The notes under the pieces were generated by a model, which was not told where the DNA came from, did no database searches, and worked only from the letters and a program-made list of their open reading frames with translations. A program made the position numbers and the translations under genes. DNA of 64,000 bases, from the NCBI RefSeq assembly GCF_009914755.1, contig NC_060930.1. One strand, 5' to 3'. The DNA comes from the human T2T-CHM13v2.0 reference genome, Homo sapiens. Positions 26,616 to 38,948 of the stretch are shown piece by piece; positions within the stretch are counted from its first letter, which is position 1, and each line of letters begins with the position of its first letter.

Positions 26616-27789
26616 GAATTGTGACCTGAGAGAAACTAAGTTGGATATGAGATTCTTAGATTGTCCCATGTTGCCTCCTAGCATCATATGAGGTCTAAAG
26701 AAATCAGGCTTTCTGGCTATGTGCTTTTCAAAAGTATTATTATCAACATTTAAGTTCTAAATCTCAGAGCGTATCATACAGTATTGCTGTTTCTGTATCA
26801 AATTTTGTGAGAGCTGAACTGCCTTTACTATTTAGAAAAGGCAATTTTGTCATCCACCTAAATATCTTTTTTCACACAGTATTTTTTTCTGGAAACATAA
26901 AGAATGTGTCTGTTGATTTTATTTGCATATCTTGCAGAACTATTTCCTCAAATAATATTTATTCTACTTTTTTCTTCCCTGCATTTTTGTGGCTTTTCTC
27001 ATTTCTCTAATCCTTGTTTATAATTGTGCTTTCAGCCAAGTTCATTGTACTTTTGGAGAAATTTTCCTTTAACTCTGAAATGGTTTTATTATTCTCTTCC
27101 ATTTCTTCCTGAGATATTTCAGTTCACTTTGGTTCTTTTTTGGGGGAGGGGCATCTCTTTAAACTCTTTCTGATATCTTGTAAAATAAATATGCAAACAT
27201 ACATAGTCTCACAAATACTACACGTCTGTAGAAACCTGCATTCTAAACACTTCCTTTGAGTCCAAAGCTAAAACTTGGCAGATGTTGCTTTTATCTTCCT
27301 TTCTTTCCATTTTTTTGTTGTTGTTGTTGTTATTGTCATACGTTTGTACGTGTTTGCTGTGTTTGCTTACTTTCTTTGGTTTAGTTTCATTTGCCATATC
27401 TCTGCACTGACCCTGTACTTGTTCCTTTCTAAACTGTGAATGAAGGCATTTAGTCAAAGCCTGAAATCTAGTGAGAGGCATGAGACTCTCCTGAGGACAT
27501 CTACAATTTCATGTCAGACTTGTCATGATGAACCACAAATCTGCTATGTTCTCTGTCACTGGGTACAGTTCTACACTAAGATTTTGCAGGTGGAGGTTTG
27601 TATGCCTCCTTGTGAAGCTCCTTTACTCACAGCTCCTCTGAGTTTTAATCTCCTAATACTATGTCATTTCCTCTCCCACCTTTCAAACATCTTTTTTTTT
27701 TTCCTAGCAGGTTCGCTTATTAGAAGGGAAGCTGTTATCCTATGACAAAGGTGTCCCTTGCTACTCTCCACTCCGAAATGTGGAACTGA

Positions 27790-28182
<393 letters not shown>

Positions 28183-29104
28183 CCATTTACTTTTAAAGAT
28201 GTATGTATTCTACTTGAGAGTTAGAGAAGTTAGTGTTAAATCTTAACATGCTGTCTTGTTTTGAGTATATTATTATTAGGCAGATGTTATTCATAATTTG
28301 TTGTTATCTTTACTGCTACTTAATTACAAACATATGCACTTTTTTTTCTTTCTGTATGTTTCAAGAAAAACAAACAAAAATACCCCAATAACTTTAAATT
28401 TATGTTTACATATTTGGACTTTTCCCACTAATCTGATCTCTTCATGTGCCAAAACAGTCACTGCAAAATGCAAATGCTACTACCCATGGCTGTTTGTGAA
28501 ACCCTCGAAAGAACCACATTTCTAATAGACAAGCACTAACATCTGTAACAAATCTATCATCGTATAATTTATCTCCCCAGCCTCAATTTGCAGTTTAGTC
28601 CCATCCTTTCTATGCTTCAAATCCATCAGCCTTTTCTTCTATTCTAATTTTTTCCCATGCCTTTGTGCATGCTGGTGCTTTTAACAGAAGGTGCTTTATC
28701 CTATTCAACAACTCTTTACCATATCAAGAGTATCTGTAATTCAGAGATCAGCCACTCCAAAGTTATTTTCTCGGGGAAAGTGTCTGACTTCCCCACTCTA
28801 CCCTTGTAATATTCTCAAAATTTGCAACTCTTTTCAGAATGCTTATTAGATTTGGGACATACACACCTGTTCATTAAATGAAAAATTTAATGAAAAAAAT
28901 GAGTGACAGAATACTATGTTAGTAACTATATTTTACCATCTGAAATGGTTGATAAAAGACTTTTAAGTAAATAATATTAAGCAATATTCATTTAACAATT
29001 ATCCATTAATATTATTTCGATAAAAGTATCCATTGACTAAGATCCCTATTATATTATGTTTTAGTGATTTTACTTTGATTTCTTATAAAATAATTCTTAT
29101 ATAA

Positions 29105-29466
29105 TCTTTTTAAAAATTCAGTAGTTTTGAGGGGAACAGATGGAGTTTGGTTGCACGGAAAAGTTCTTTAGTGCTGATTTCTGAGATTTGGGTGCCTCCT
29201 TCACCCGAGCAGTGTACACTGAACCCAATGTGTAGTCTTTTATCCCTCACGCCCCTCCCACTCTTCCCCCTGAGTCTGCAAAGTCTAGTATATAATTTTT
29301 ATGCCTTTGTATCCTTATAGCTTAGCTCCCACTTATAAGTGAGAACATACAATATTTGGTTTTCCTTTCCTGAGTTACTTCACTTAGAATAATGGTATCC
29401 AACTCCATCCACATTGCTGAGAATGCCGTTATTTTGTTCCTTTTTATGGCTTAGTAGTATTCCATG

Positions 29467-29506
<40 letters not shown>

Positions 29507-31003
29507 TTATTTATATATAAATATATATATTTATTTAAATATATATATAATATTTAATATATATTAAATATTAAATATATTTAATTTATATAATTTATAT
29601 AATTTAATATATTAACATTTAATATAATAAAATACATTAAAATATATATTTATATATATAAAATATATTTTTATATATATATAAATTACCTAGAGATATA
29701 TATATATATATATATCACATTTTCTCTATGCACTCATTGGTTGATGGGCATTTGGGCTGGTTCAATATTTTTGCAGTTGCAAATTGTGTTCCTGTAAACA
29801 TACATGTGCAAGTGTCTTCTTCATATAATGATTTTTTTTCCCTCTGGGTAGATACCCAGTAGTGAGATTGCTGTATCAAATGGTAGTTCTACTTTTAATT
29901 GTTTAAGGAATATCCATAGTGTTTTCCATAGTGGTTGTACTAGTTTACATTCCCACCAGCAGTGTAAAAGTGTTCCTTTTTCACCACATCCATGCCAACC
30001 AGTGTTATTCTTTTATTGTTTAATTATGGTCATTTTTGCAGTATGGTAGTACCTCATTGTGGTTTTGATTTGCATTCCCCTGATAATTAGTGATGTTGTG
30101 TATTTTTTCATATATTCATTGCATATATGTATATCTTCTTTTGATAATTGTCTATTCATGCCCTTTGCCCACTTTTTGATGGGATTATTATTTTTTTTCT
30201 TGCTGATTTGTTTGAGTTCCTTGTAGATTCTGGATATTAGTTCTTTGTCAGATGCATAGTTTGCAAAGATTTTCTCCCAGTCTATGGGTTGTCTGTTTAC
30301 TCTAATTATTTCTTTTGCTGTACAGAAGATTTTGGTTTAATTAGGTCCCATCTATCTATCTTTGTTTTTATTGCATTTGCCTTTGGGTTCTTCATCATGA
30401 ACTCTTTGCCTAAGCCAATGTCTAGAAAAGTTTTTCTCATGCTATCTTCTAGAATTTTTATGGTTTCAAGTCTTAGATTTAAGTCTTTTATCCACCTGTA
30501 GTTGATTTTCATATAAGATGAGAGATGAGGATCCAGCTTCGTTCTTCTACATTTGGCTTGCCAGTCATTCCAGCACCATTTGTTGAATAGGGGTGTCCTT
30601 TCCCCATTTTACATTTTTGTTTGCTTTGTCAAAGATCAGTTGGCTGTACATATTTGGCTCTATTTCTGTGTTCTCTATTCTGCTCCATTGGTCTATGTGC
30701 CTATTTTTTATGCCAGTACCATGCTGTTTTGGTAACTATAACCTTGTAGTATAGTTTGAAGTTGGGGAATGTGATGCCTTCAGATTTGTTCTTTTTGCTT
30801 AGTCTTGCTTTGGCTATGTGAGCTCTTTTTTGGTAAAATACACATTTTAGGATTGTTTCTTCTAGTTTTGTGAGAAATGATGAAGGTATTTTGATGGGAT
30901 TGCATTGAATTTGTAGATTTCTTTTGACAGTATGGTCATTTTCACAGTATTGATTCTACCCATCCAAGAGCATGAGATGTGTTTCCATTTGTGTGTGTCA
31001 TCA
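29105..31003 (-). mobile_element. 5'-truncated L1 (L1PB1-like 3' end, about 1.9 kb)
   Basis: Antisense L1PB 3'UTR (ggggaacagatggagtttggttgcacggaaaagttctttagtg...cccgagcagtgtacact). ORF2 C-terminal peptide on the minus strand ([17 protein letters not shown]...KIDRWDLIK). Confidence 0.9.
29468..29716. repeat. (GT)n followed by about 215 bp of AT-rich low-complexity/(TA)n sequence inside the L1
   Basis: Directly visible. It replaces the short tatatata stretch between tccatgg and cacatttt of the L1. Confidence 0.92.
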
Positions 31004-31062
31004 CATACTTTTTATTCCTGTGCTCACCCACTTTTTCTCTCTCTTTGGTTCATCCTGTCATG

Positions 31063-31063
31063 T

Positions 31064-31094
<31 letters not shown>

Positions 31095-31153
31095 CATACA
31101 TACATACATACATACATACATACATACATACATACACACACACACATACATAC
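31063..31153. repeat. Compound STR (GATA)n(CATA)n(CA)n
   Basis: The run tagatagatagata...catacatacata...cacacacaca is directly visible. Confidence 0.92.
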
Positions 31154-31509
31154 TGATATAGTTTGGCTGTGTCCCCACCCAAATCTCACCTTGAATTGTA
31201 AAAAATCCCCATGTATCAAGGGCAGGATCAGGCGGAGATAATTGAATCATGGAGTCAGTTTTCCCCATACTGTTCTCTTGGTAGTGAATAAGTCTTACAA
31301 GATCTGATGGTTTTATAAATGGGAGTTCCCCTGCACAAGTTCTCTTGCCTGCCACCATGTAAGATGTTCTTTTGTCTCTCCTTGCCTTCTGCCATGATTG
31401 TGAGACCTCCCCAGCCATGTGGAACTGTGAGTTCATTAAACCTCTTTCCTTTATAAATTACCCAGTCTCAGGTATATCTTTATTAGCAGCATGAAAACAG
31501 AATAATATA
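31154..31509 (+). mobile_element. THE1 solo LTR (THE1C-like)
   Basis: Runs from tgatatagtttggctgtgtccccacccaaatctc to ttattagcagcatgaaaacagaataatata. Perfect 5-bp TSD catac at 31149-31153 and 31510-31514. Confidence 0.93.
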
Positions 31510-31517
31510 CATACTCA

Positions 31518-31518
31518 C

Positions 31519-31552
<34 letters not shown>
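31518..31552. repeat. (AT)n(GT)n microsatellite
   Basis: Directly visible. Confidence 0.85.
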
Positions 31553-33406
31553 TGTAACCTAAATTGTAATAAATTGGATTATAATTTATTATACAAACAT
31601 TCATAATTTTTAATTCAATTTAAACTAATTTCACTTATTAAAAACAGTCAATTATTCATTTAATAAATAGCTGTCTTCTTTCCACTCATGTGGTTCCTAG
31701 CACATTACCATGCTTTTTAGTAGCAGGAAGAGAGCCTGCCTTCAGAGAAAGCTAGAAAGATCCCAATGGGTCTTGATAACTTTTCCCCTAATGGCTACTA
31801 CCCTTTAATCCAGCACTCTCTCTTCCTGTGTAGCCAAAACTGCTCTCAGTTCTTGCCAGATTTCTGATAAAACTCTCACAATAAACAATTACATCAGTTA
31901 ACTGAAAGATTTCTTACTGAAAAATCAATTGTTGGAAGGACAGGACTTTTCTCACTGCAATGGATGGGCTGAATGATGAACACAAAGTGAGGCATAGAAA
32001 GGTAGAATGTGGGTCATATATGAGTCTTCCCATCAGTGCATCAGTGCTCAAGCACATTCTTTGGTCCACCAGATGTCCTAGTCTGTTTTCCTGTTCCTTC
32101 TTTGTGAGGCAAGGCTCAACCTTACTTTAATCCACTTTTGAATCTCAACCCAACCATGTTTATGACTTTACATACTTACCTAGCATTCTGGTTCCATTCT
32201 ATTGTTTTCCTTCCTAAGCCATTTCTCAGAAACACTTTGATTTTCTACTCTCTCTCCTGTCTGTTTACCGGACTGGAATTTCTCACACCCCCACCCCCCC
32301 ACTTTCTACCTGCTAACATATTCATCACTAGATATGCAAATATTAAATCTTTTCTCTCATCAAGATAGCTGGCTTCTTTGAGAAGTAGCCAAAGTTTGTC
32401 ATATACAAAGTCTTGGGACAGAAAATTAGACAGGTGGGAGGGAATGAGTGGAAGCTCTCCTTTAATATGGATAATTGAGATTTCTACAGAAGAAATGACT
32501 TTATTTGAAGTTGGGGAAATACCAAAGAAATTGGTGATTTGGCTTTTTGGATGTATGAGTCAACTTCATTTTCTTTTGGTTTAAATGGAAAAATTTATGC
32601 ATGTATGCATTTATTTATGGCTTTTAAAAGACTTTATTTTTTAGAGCAGTTGGGTTCACAGCAAAATTGACGAGAAACACAGAATTCCTGTATGCTTTCT
32701 GCCCCCACAAATATACAAGCTCCCCTATCAACAGGACCCCTCACCACACTTGTACATTTGTTATAATCAATGAATTTACATTAACACAGCCTTACCTCCA
32801 AAAGTTCAACATTTACATTAGTATTCACTAGATGTACAGTCTATGGGTTTTGACAAATGTATAATGGCATGTATCTACCATTTTATTATGGTAGAAAATA
32901 GTTTCAGTGCCCTCACAATCTTCTGTGCATGTTTCTTCCAATCCATTGGCAACCATTGTTCTTTTTACTGTCTCCAAAGTTTTGCCTTTTCCAGAATGTC
33001 ATGTAGTTGGAATCATATAGTATGTAGACATTTAGATTTGGCTTACTTCACTTAGTAATATATATTCGAGATTCCTCCATGTCTTTTAATTGCTTTATAA
33101 CTCACTTCTTTTTAGCCTTGGGTAATCTTTCATTCTGTGAATGTACCACAATTTATTTATTCATTAATGTACTGAACAATATCTGGGTTGCTTTCATGTT
33201 TTTGCAATTATGAATAAAGCTGCCATAACCACCCATGTGCAAGTTTTTGTGTGCACATAAATTTTTAACTCATTTGGGTAAATAGCAAGGAGTGCAAGTG
33301 CTGGATCATATAGAAATAGTATATTTACTTTTGTAAAAAACTGCCAAACTGTCTTCCAAAGGGGCTGTACCATTTTGCATTCCCACCAGCAATAAATGAA
33401 AGTTAC

Positions 33407-33465
33407 GTTGTGCACATGTACCCTAAAACTTAAAGTATAATAAAAAATAAAAAATAAAAAAAAAA
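33407..33465 (+). mobile_element. Extremely 5'-truncated young L1PA 3' tail (about 35 nt + poly-A)
   Basis: gttgtgcacatgtaccctaaaacttaaagtataataaaaa is the terminal L1PA2-4-type sequence. 9-bp TSD gaaagttac at 33398-33406 and 33466-33474. Confidence 0.88.
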
Positions 33466-33710
33466 GAAAGTTACTTTTGCTCCATGTTTTCTCTAGAATT
33501 TGATGTTGTCAATGTTTAGGATTTTCACCATTCTAATAGGTTTTTAGTGTATCTCATAGTTTAACTGTAAATTCTCTAATGATAGATATATAATGTGGAA
33601 CATCTTTTCTTTTGCTTATTTGCCATCTGTATGTCTTCTTTGGTGAGCTGTCTCCTCAGGTGTTTTGCCCAGTTTTTAATAAGGTTGTTCCTTTCCCTTT
33701 TGTTAAGTTT

Positions 33711-34004
33711 TTGTTGTTTGTTTCTTTGTTTGTTTGTTTGTTTCCAGACGGGGTCTCACTCTGTTGCCAGGCTACAGTGCAGTGGTGCGATCTCAGCTCA
33801 CTGCAACCTCCAACTCCGTGGTTCAGCCTCCCGAGTAGCTGGGATTACAGGCACATGCCACCACTCCTAGCTGATTTTTGTATTTTTAGTAGAAACAGGT
33901 TTCACCATGTTGGCCAGGATGGTCTCAATCTCCTGATCTCGTGATCTGCCTGCCTTGGCCTCCCAAAGTGCTGGGATTACAGGCGTGAGCCACCGTGCCC
34001 AGCC
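33711..34004 (-). mobile_element. AluS (AluSc-like) with a short internal deletion and a tail turned into (TTTG)n
   Basis: Antisense Alu with gttgccaggct and ggatggtctcaatctcctgatctcgtgatc diagnostics. TSD ttgttaagttt at 33700-33710 and 34006-34016. Confidence 0.93.
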
Positions 34005-37000
34005 ATTGTTAAGTTTAAAGAGGGTTTTTTTTTTTTTTGTATCTTTTAGATAATTTTCCTGTATCTATGTCTTCTGAAAACATTTTCTCCCAGTCTATAG
34101 CTTATCTTCTCATTTTCTTCACATTGTCCCTATAGAGAGGTTTGTAATTTTGATGAAGTTTAGCTCACCAATTATTTCTTTCATGTTTCATGCCTTTGGT
34201 GTTGTATTTAAAAAGCCATTGTCATGCCCAAGATCATTTAGATTTTCTCCTATTTTATTTTCAGGGGTTTTATAGTTTTGCAGCTTACATTTAGGTCTGT
34301 GATTCATATTGAGCTAATTTTTGTGAGAGTGTAAGGTTAGTGTCTAGATTCTTTTTTTTCTTTTTTGCATTTTGATGTCCAGTTGTTCCAGCACCATTTG
34401 TTGAAAAGACTCTCTTTTCTCTATTGTGTTGCTTTTGCTTCTTTGTCAAAGATCAACTGATAATAGTTGTATGGCTCTATTTCTGGGCTCTCTATTCTAC
34501 TCCACTCATCTATTTGTCTATTCTTTCTCTAATTAGTAACTGTCTTAATTACTGTAGCTGTATAGTAAATGTTAAAGCAGACAATGTCATTCTGAATTTT
34601 ATTGAGTTGATTATTCTGGGTTATTGGCCTTTCCATGTAAACTTTAGAATCAGTTTGTTGAAATCCACAAAATAAGCTCCTGGAATTTTGATTGAGATTG
34701 GATAATCAACTTCATTTTAACTATGGATATTAACTTATACCTAAGGAAAATCTAGTGATGGTGATTCAGATATTACATAATTAGAGAATGAGAGTGGGAC
34801 ATCATTACACTGAAGTAAGAGATACTTTCTAATGATGTTCAACTTCACCATGTAACTGTATATTTGTTCTATCTAGTCATATGTTTAGTTTTGGAAAGGA
34901 AAATTGGAAAATAATTCCAGAAAAAGAGTGAACCAAAGACAATACCAAAACTCTCATCCTGTCCTTGGACCCCATCTTTAATTTCAAAAATAACCTGAAT
35001 TACAGGAGTTTGTTATGCTACATAAAGATTGCTATAACTATTTTAAAATGACTGAATTGGTCATAATTAGACTGACACTAAAATGCAGCCACATTACAAC
35101 AAGCAGCATATGTATGGAGATATCTTAATGAAGACCAAGAAAAACATTATGAAAATTCAAAGGCAAAAATCCACAATGGATGAATATTAATGTGAAATTT
35201 AAATAATAATAGCCTAATAATGAAACCAACATATACCATTAGTCATATTTGTATCTATGCTAATTAAAATATTTCAAAGGTATCATAATTTTTATTGCGA
35301 GGAGTAGCTGCAATTTAAGCTTAGTTCTTTTTATTTTCAATAATTAGTCAGCCACTAAGAGTGGCCTTGTTAAACAAAGGGTGCTGCACAGAGGAAATAT
35401 TTTGTTGCTTTCCTTTTGTTCCCTTTATGAACATAAAACTCCACTTTAGCATATATATTTTCTTGGTTTCTTTTTAAAGGTTTATCACTAAGTATATTTT
35501 AGTATTTCAAATCACATACCAAAGAAATCAGCATCTTTTCTTTGTTTAATAAAGTGACTATATTTCATGACAACAGAGCAGCATGCAATTCAAATGCAAA
35601 GAACATAAACATGGTCATGTTTTAGAATTTAACTTATGCAAAAGTTACCTCTTTCCACATCAACAAAGAATCATTTTGAAGCAACACAGAAAAAAACTGA
35701 CTTTCAATTAAGCCTAAAGCATATACAAATCAAGTCTAATTAGTCCAGTCCCCTAAATATGATCTGCAATTATGAGATAAATCTACCCACAGAGATTTGT
35801 TAAACCTTATCATTTTTGAACTGAAACTTCAATGAGTCTGCCCTTAGCTGCACCCTGCAGTGACTGGCAAGGTTTTCCTAATCCTTCTGGTTCCTCAGGT
35901 GCACTTTCCCAACAAAATTCTATGAAAAAAAATATTCTGTGGTATTATTGGCATTGAGACTAGATTTTGTCAGTTAGCCATTTTGTATTTTCCTGTACTG
36001 TGTTTCTGCTTTTCCATTTTCCTAACCAATGACAACTAGAAATGCATGGTGGTGGCTCCATATTTATCTACCAGAGAAATGAGTTTGCTGCTTCTGACAT
36101 CCAGCTAATGCAATCACAAGGTTGTTCACACAGCATAAAATAGTCATGTAGGAGCAGATCGACATAGCAAAAACTTGGTGCTGAGCATACCCACTATGCT
36201 GCATTCCTATTTATACTGGTCCCAGGATGGCCCAGCCTGTGAAAGAAGCATCATCTTGAAGTAATATGCTACCCAGGGAAACAACCTTGAGAAAGAGAGG
36301 CACATGCACTCATAGAAATAATAGTTTGTTAGTTCATCTTGTCCCGAATGCACAATCTCCTTAAAACATTGTCAAATGCTTTGTTCATATTTGCTTTCAT
36401 TGGGCAGGGAATAAGATTCCCTGGATTTTTAACAATGTTACCAAGAAAAAGAATATTTTTTAGTTTCATGCTGTTTTTGTTTCTATTAATAAAGTCATTG
36501 AGTTGCACTCAGTTAAATATCACAAATGATTTTTTCCTCTTTAGCAGAAAAAATGGTCCTCCTGCTTCATGTTTAACAAGATATGGGCTTTTAGTTGTTC
36601 TACTGGCTGCTGTGATGAAAATTTTTAGATTCATGGATATGCTCATTCTTTGTCCCCTGTGAAATGTTCACTAGGTGAGTAAGAGAAGTTAGGGTCAAAG
36701 CAAATTCAGGTGATACATAGGCATATTATGTAGTAACCCTGATTTCACTCATAACATGAGCTTAAAAACCACATATAAGTAAATAGATTGAGAACATGTA
36801 TATTAATAAAAGCACAAAAAATAATTGGTACACATCCCTTGATAAGGACCCAGCTTTTCTACTTTAGGGTCACACATCTATATTTACTGTGCAAAAATTT
36901 GTTAGCCACCCTGGGGTAGCCTTCTTATCTTCTCTGTTGTGTTGTAGATTTTATCTGCATACCAATCTAGCATTTGATTTTTGGGCAAGTAATGCGACAC

Positions 37001-37504
37001 ACAGAGGGGCTATTCAACAAATTTAGTTGTTGATAGTGATGATAAGTTAACCAAGGTAATATTAAAGCCTTGCAGACTAATATTTTTATTTCTGTCTCTC
37101 ATTAACTGGCTAAATGATACATCTGAAGTTCCTGCCATTTTTTTCAGTATACTTAGATCATTACATATTTGACCATCCCTAGATAACCTCAAAGTCTGGG
37201 TATAAATTCTGTTCACATTGTGTCCTCCTCTGCCAAAATTGTATTAGTTTAAAAATTGGAACACATAATGGATGTTATAGATGCTAAAGATTTTCATGTC
37301 TGCTGTTACCGGTGTATATTGATTGATTCCCTCGGTCTGCTTCACCAGCATTTTAAGTCTGACAACACACAAAAACTTTGGTAGAGAAAAGTGCTTAAGG
37401 AACATTCACTCCATAAATTACTAGATTAGAAAAATGAGCACCTTAAAAGTGTGACTTTTTTGTTGAATTTTACAAATATTTTATATCAACTCTGGATTTC
37501 AAAA

Positions 37505-37710
37505 TTTATTCATTTAAATTAAAAGTATTTATTGAATAGTATGTATTGTCACTGTGCTAAGCAGTGGAGATACTGAAGATAGCAAATAAAACTAACAGAT
37601 ATTTAGAAAAATGCAAAGTAAAATCTTCATGAAGACAAGGATATAGTTTATTGTTTTGATCATTGTATCTTTGCTTCATACACGACACAATATTTGCTGA
37701 ATGAGAAATA
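37505..37710. mobile_element. L2 3'-end fragments in opposite orientations
   Basis: atttattcattt...gtatttattgaata...cactgtgctaagcagtggagatac on the minus strand, then gtaaaatcttcatgaagacaagg...aatatttgctgaatga on the plus strand. Confidence 0.5.
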
Positions 37711-38948
37711 TGTCAGATGTTTTCTTTGATTGTGCTTATTTAGTCTCCACTAATTCTTTATAAGGTCAGCTACGTTCATTCTCATCTACTTGGAAATCAA
37801 AGTCTTTCTAATCTGTTCTGCTGTGACTCCCTCAGAATATTTACTCTCCATTTTTTTCTGTCCTCCTAGTTAGCACATGCTGCAAAGCAAAAGAACCTGA
37901 TTCGACTAACCATATGTGTGGCTCCCTAAATGCATCTTATTCTATTATTCCATTATTGCACATATTTTTCTGTAGAAGACATGCAGACTCAATATTACAA
38001 AACTACTAAAATCAATGCATTCGTGGTATATACTTTAAGATGCTACGTGAGTAGAGAAAAGGCAGTGTTTGAGTCTCCCTGGGAAATGGGCAGATAAGAC
38101 ACCACAAAGATATTGAAGTGTATCTGGTAAGTGTGGGAAGAAAATGCTCTTTCACTGGATTATAGCTCAGGCTACCTGTGGGGAGTGCTGGGAGATGAAG
38201 TTGGAAAGGTGGGGAAAACCAGTCCATTACATTCCCCTCATACCCTATTAAGGGACTGAACCAAGGGAGTAGCAAAAAGAAGGGAAGCAGGAAACAAATA
38301 GAATATTTGTTAGTGTAAGATAGACTCTGCAAGATACGGTGACTGATTACATGTAGTGGGCGAAGCACCTCTAGAGAGGAATCGGAATGTTGCTGAGTTT
38401 TCTGGTTAGAGTGGTAGAATGGACAGCACTCAATGATTGCAATAGGAAATTCAGAAGGCGAAGTTATACAGACTGAACTAGGATATATTTCTGACCATGT
38501 TGTCCATAGGTAAATATGTCTAGTTTTTACCTGTGGCCTGTTCTGTTCTTACTTACCCCACTTAGGGTTTTATAACTTGTGTATTGGGTGCTGCCTACCA
38601 AGACCCATATGTCACTACTTGCAGATTCTAGCTACCATCTTATAGTTTCTACCATTACCCCCATCAGCAAGAACTGCAGCACACACATGCTGTTGCTGTT
38701 TGCCTTGTGGTGGTCTTTTTAAAAACATGATTTCCAGGATAAAAATGTTAACAAATGTTAACACTTGTTAACAGGTGAACCAACTTAACCAATTTATTTG
38801 TATTTTTTTGCACTGATTTATTGTTTTTTCAAAGATATGAAACTGGAACTCATAATGTAATATTGATGAAGTAATTACCACAAAGAAATAATGGAAGATG
38901 GCGCTGACTGAAATATAACCAAAAGGAAAAATAAAGCAATTTGGCGTC

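Larger units (their letters stand above)
32625..34700 (-). mobile_element. 5'-truncated L1 (L1MC1-like 3' end), host of two younger insertions
   Basis: Antisense L1MC 3'UTR (ttttagagcagttgggttcacagcaaaattga...gtacatttgttataatcaatgaa...ctatgggttttgacaaatgtataatg). ORF2 C-terminal peptide CWWECKMVQPLWKTVWQF on the minus strand. Confidence 0.85.

Noticed and set aside
36339-36662. 107-aa hydrophobic ORF as a membrane micro-protein
   Set aside because: Non-ATG start, and the hydrophobicity reflects T-rich DNA. No recognisable domain. It crosses a likely splice acceptor.
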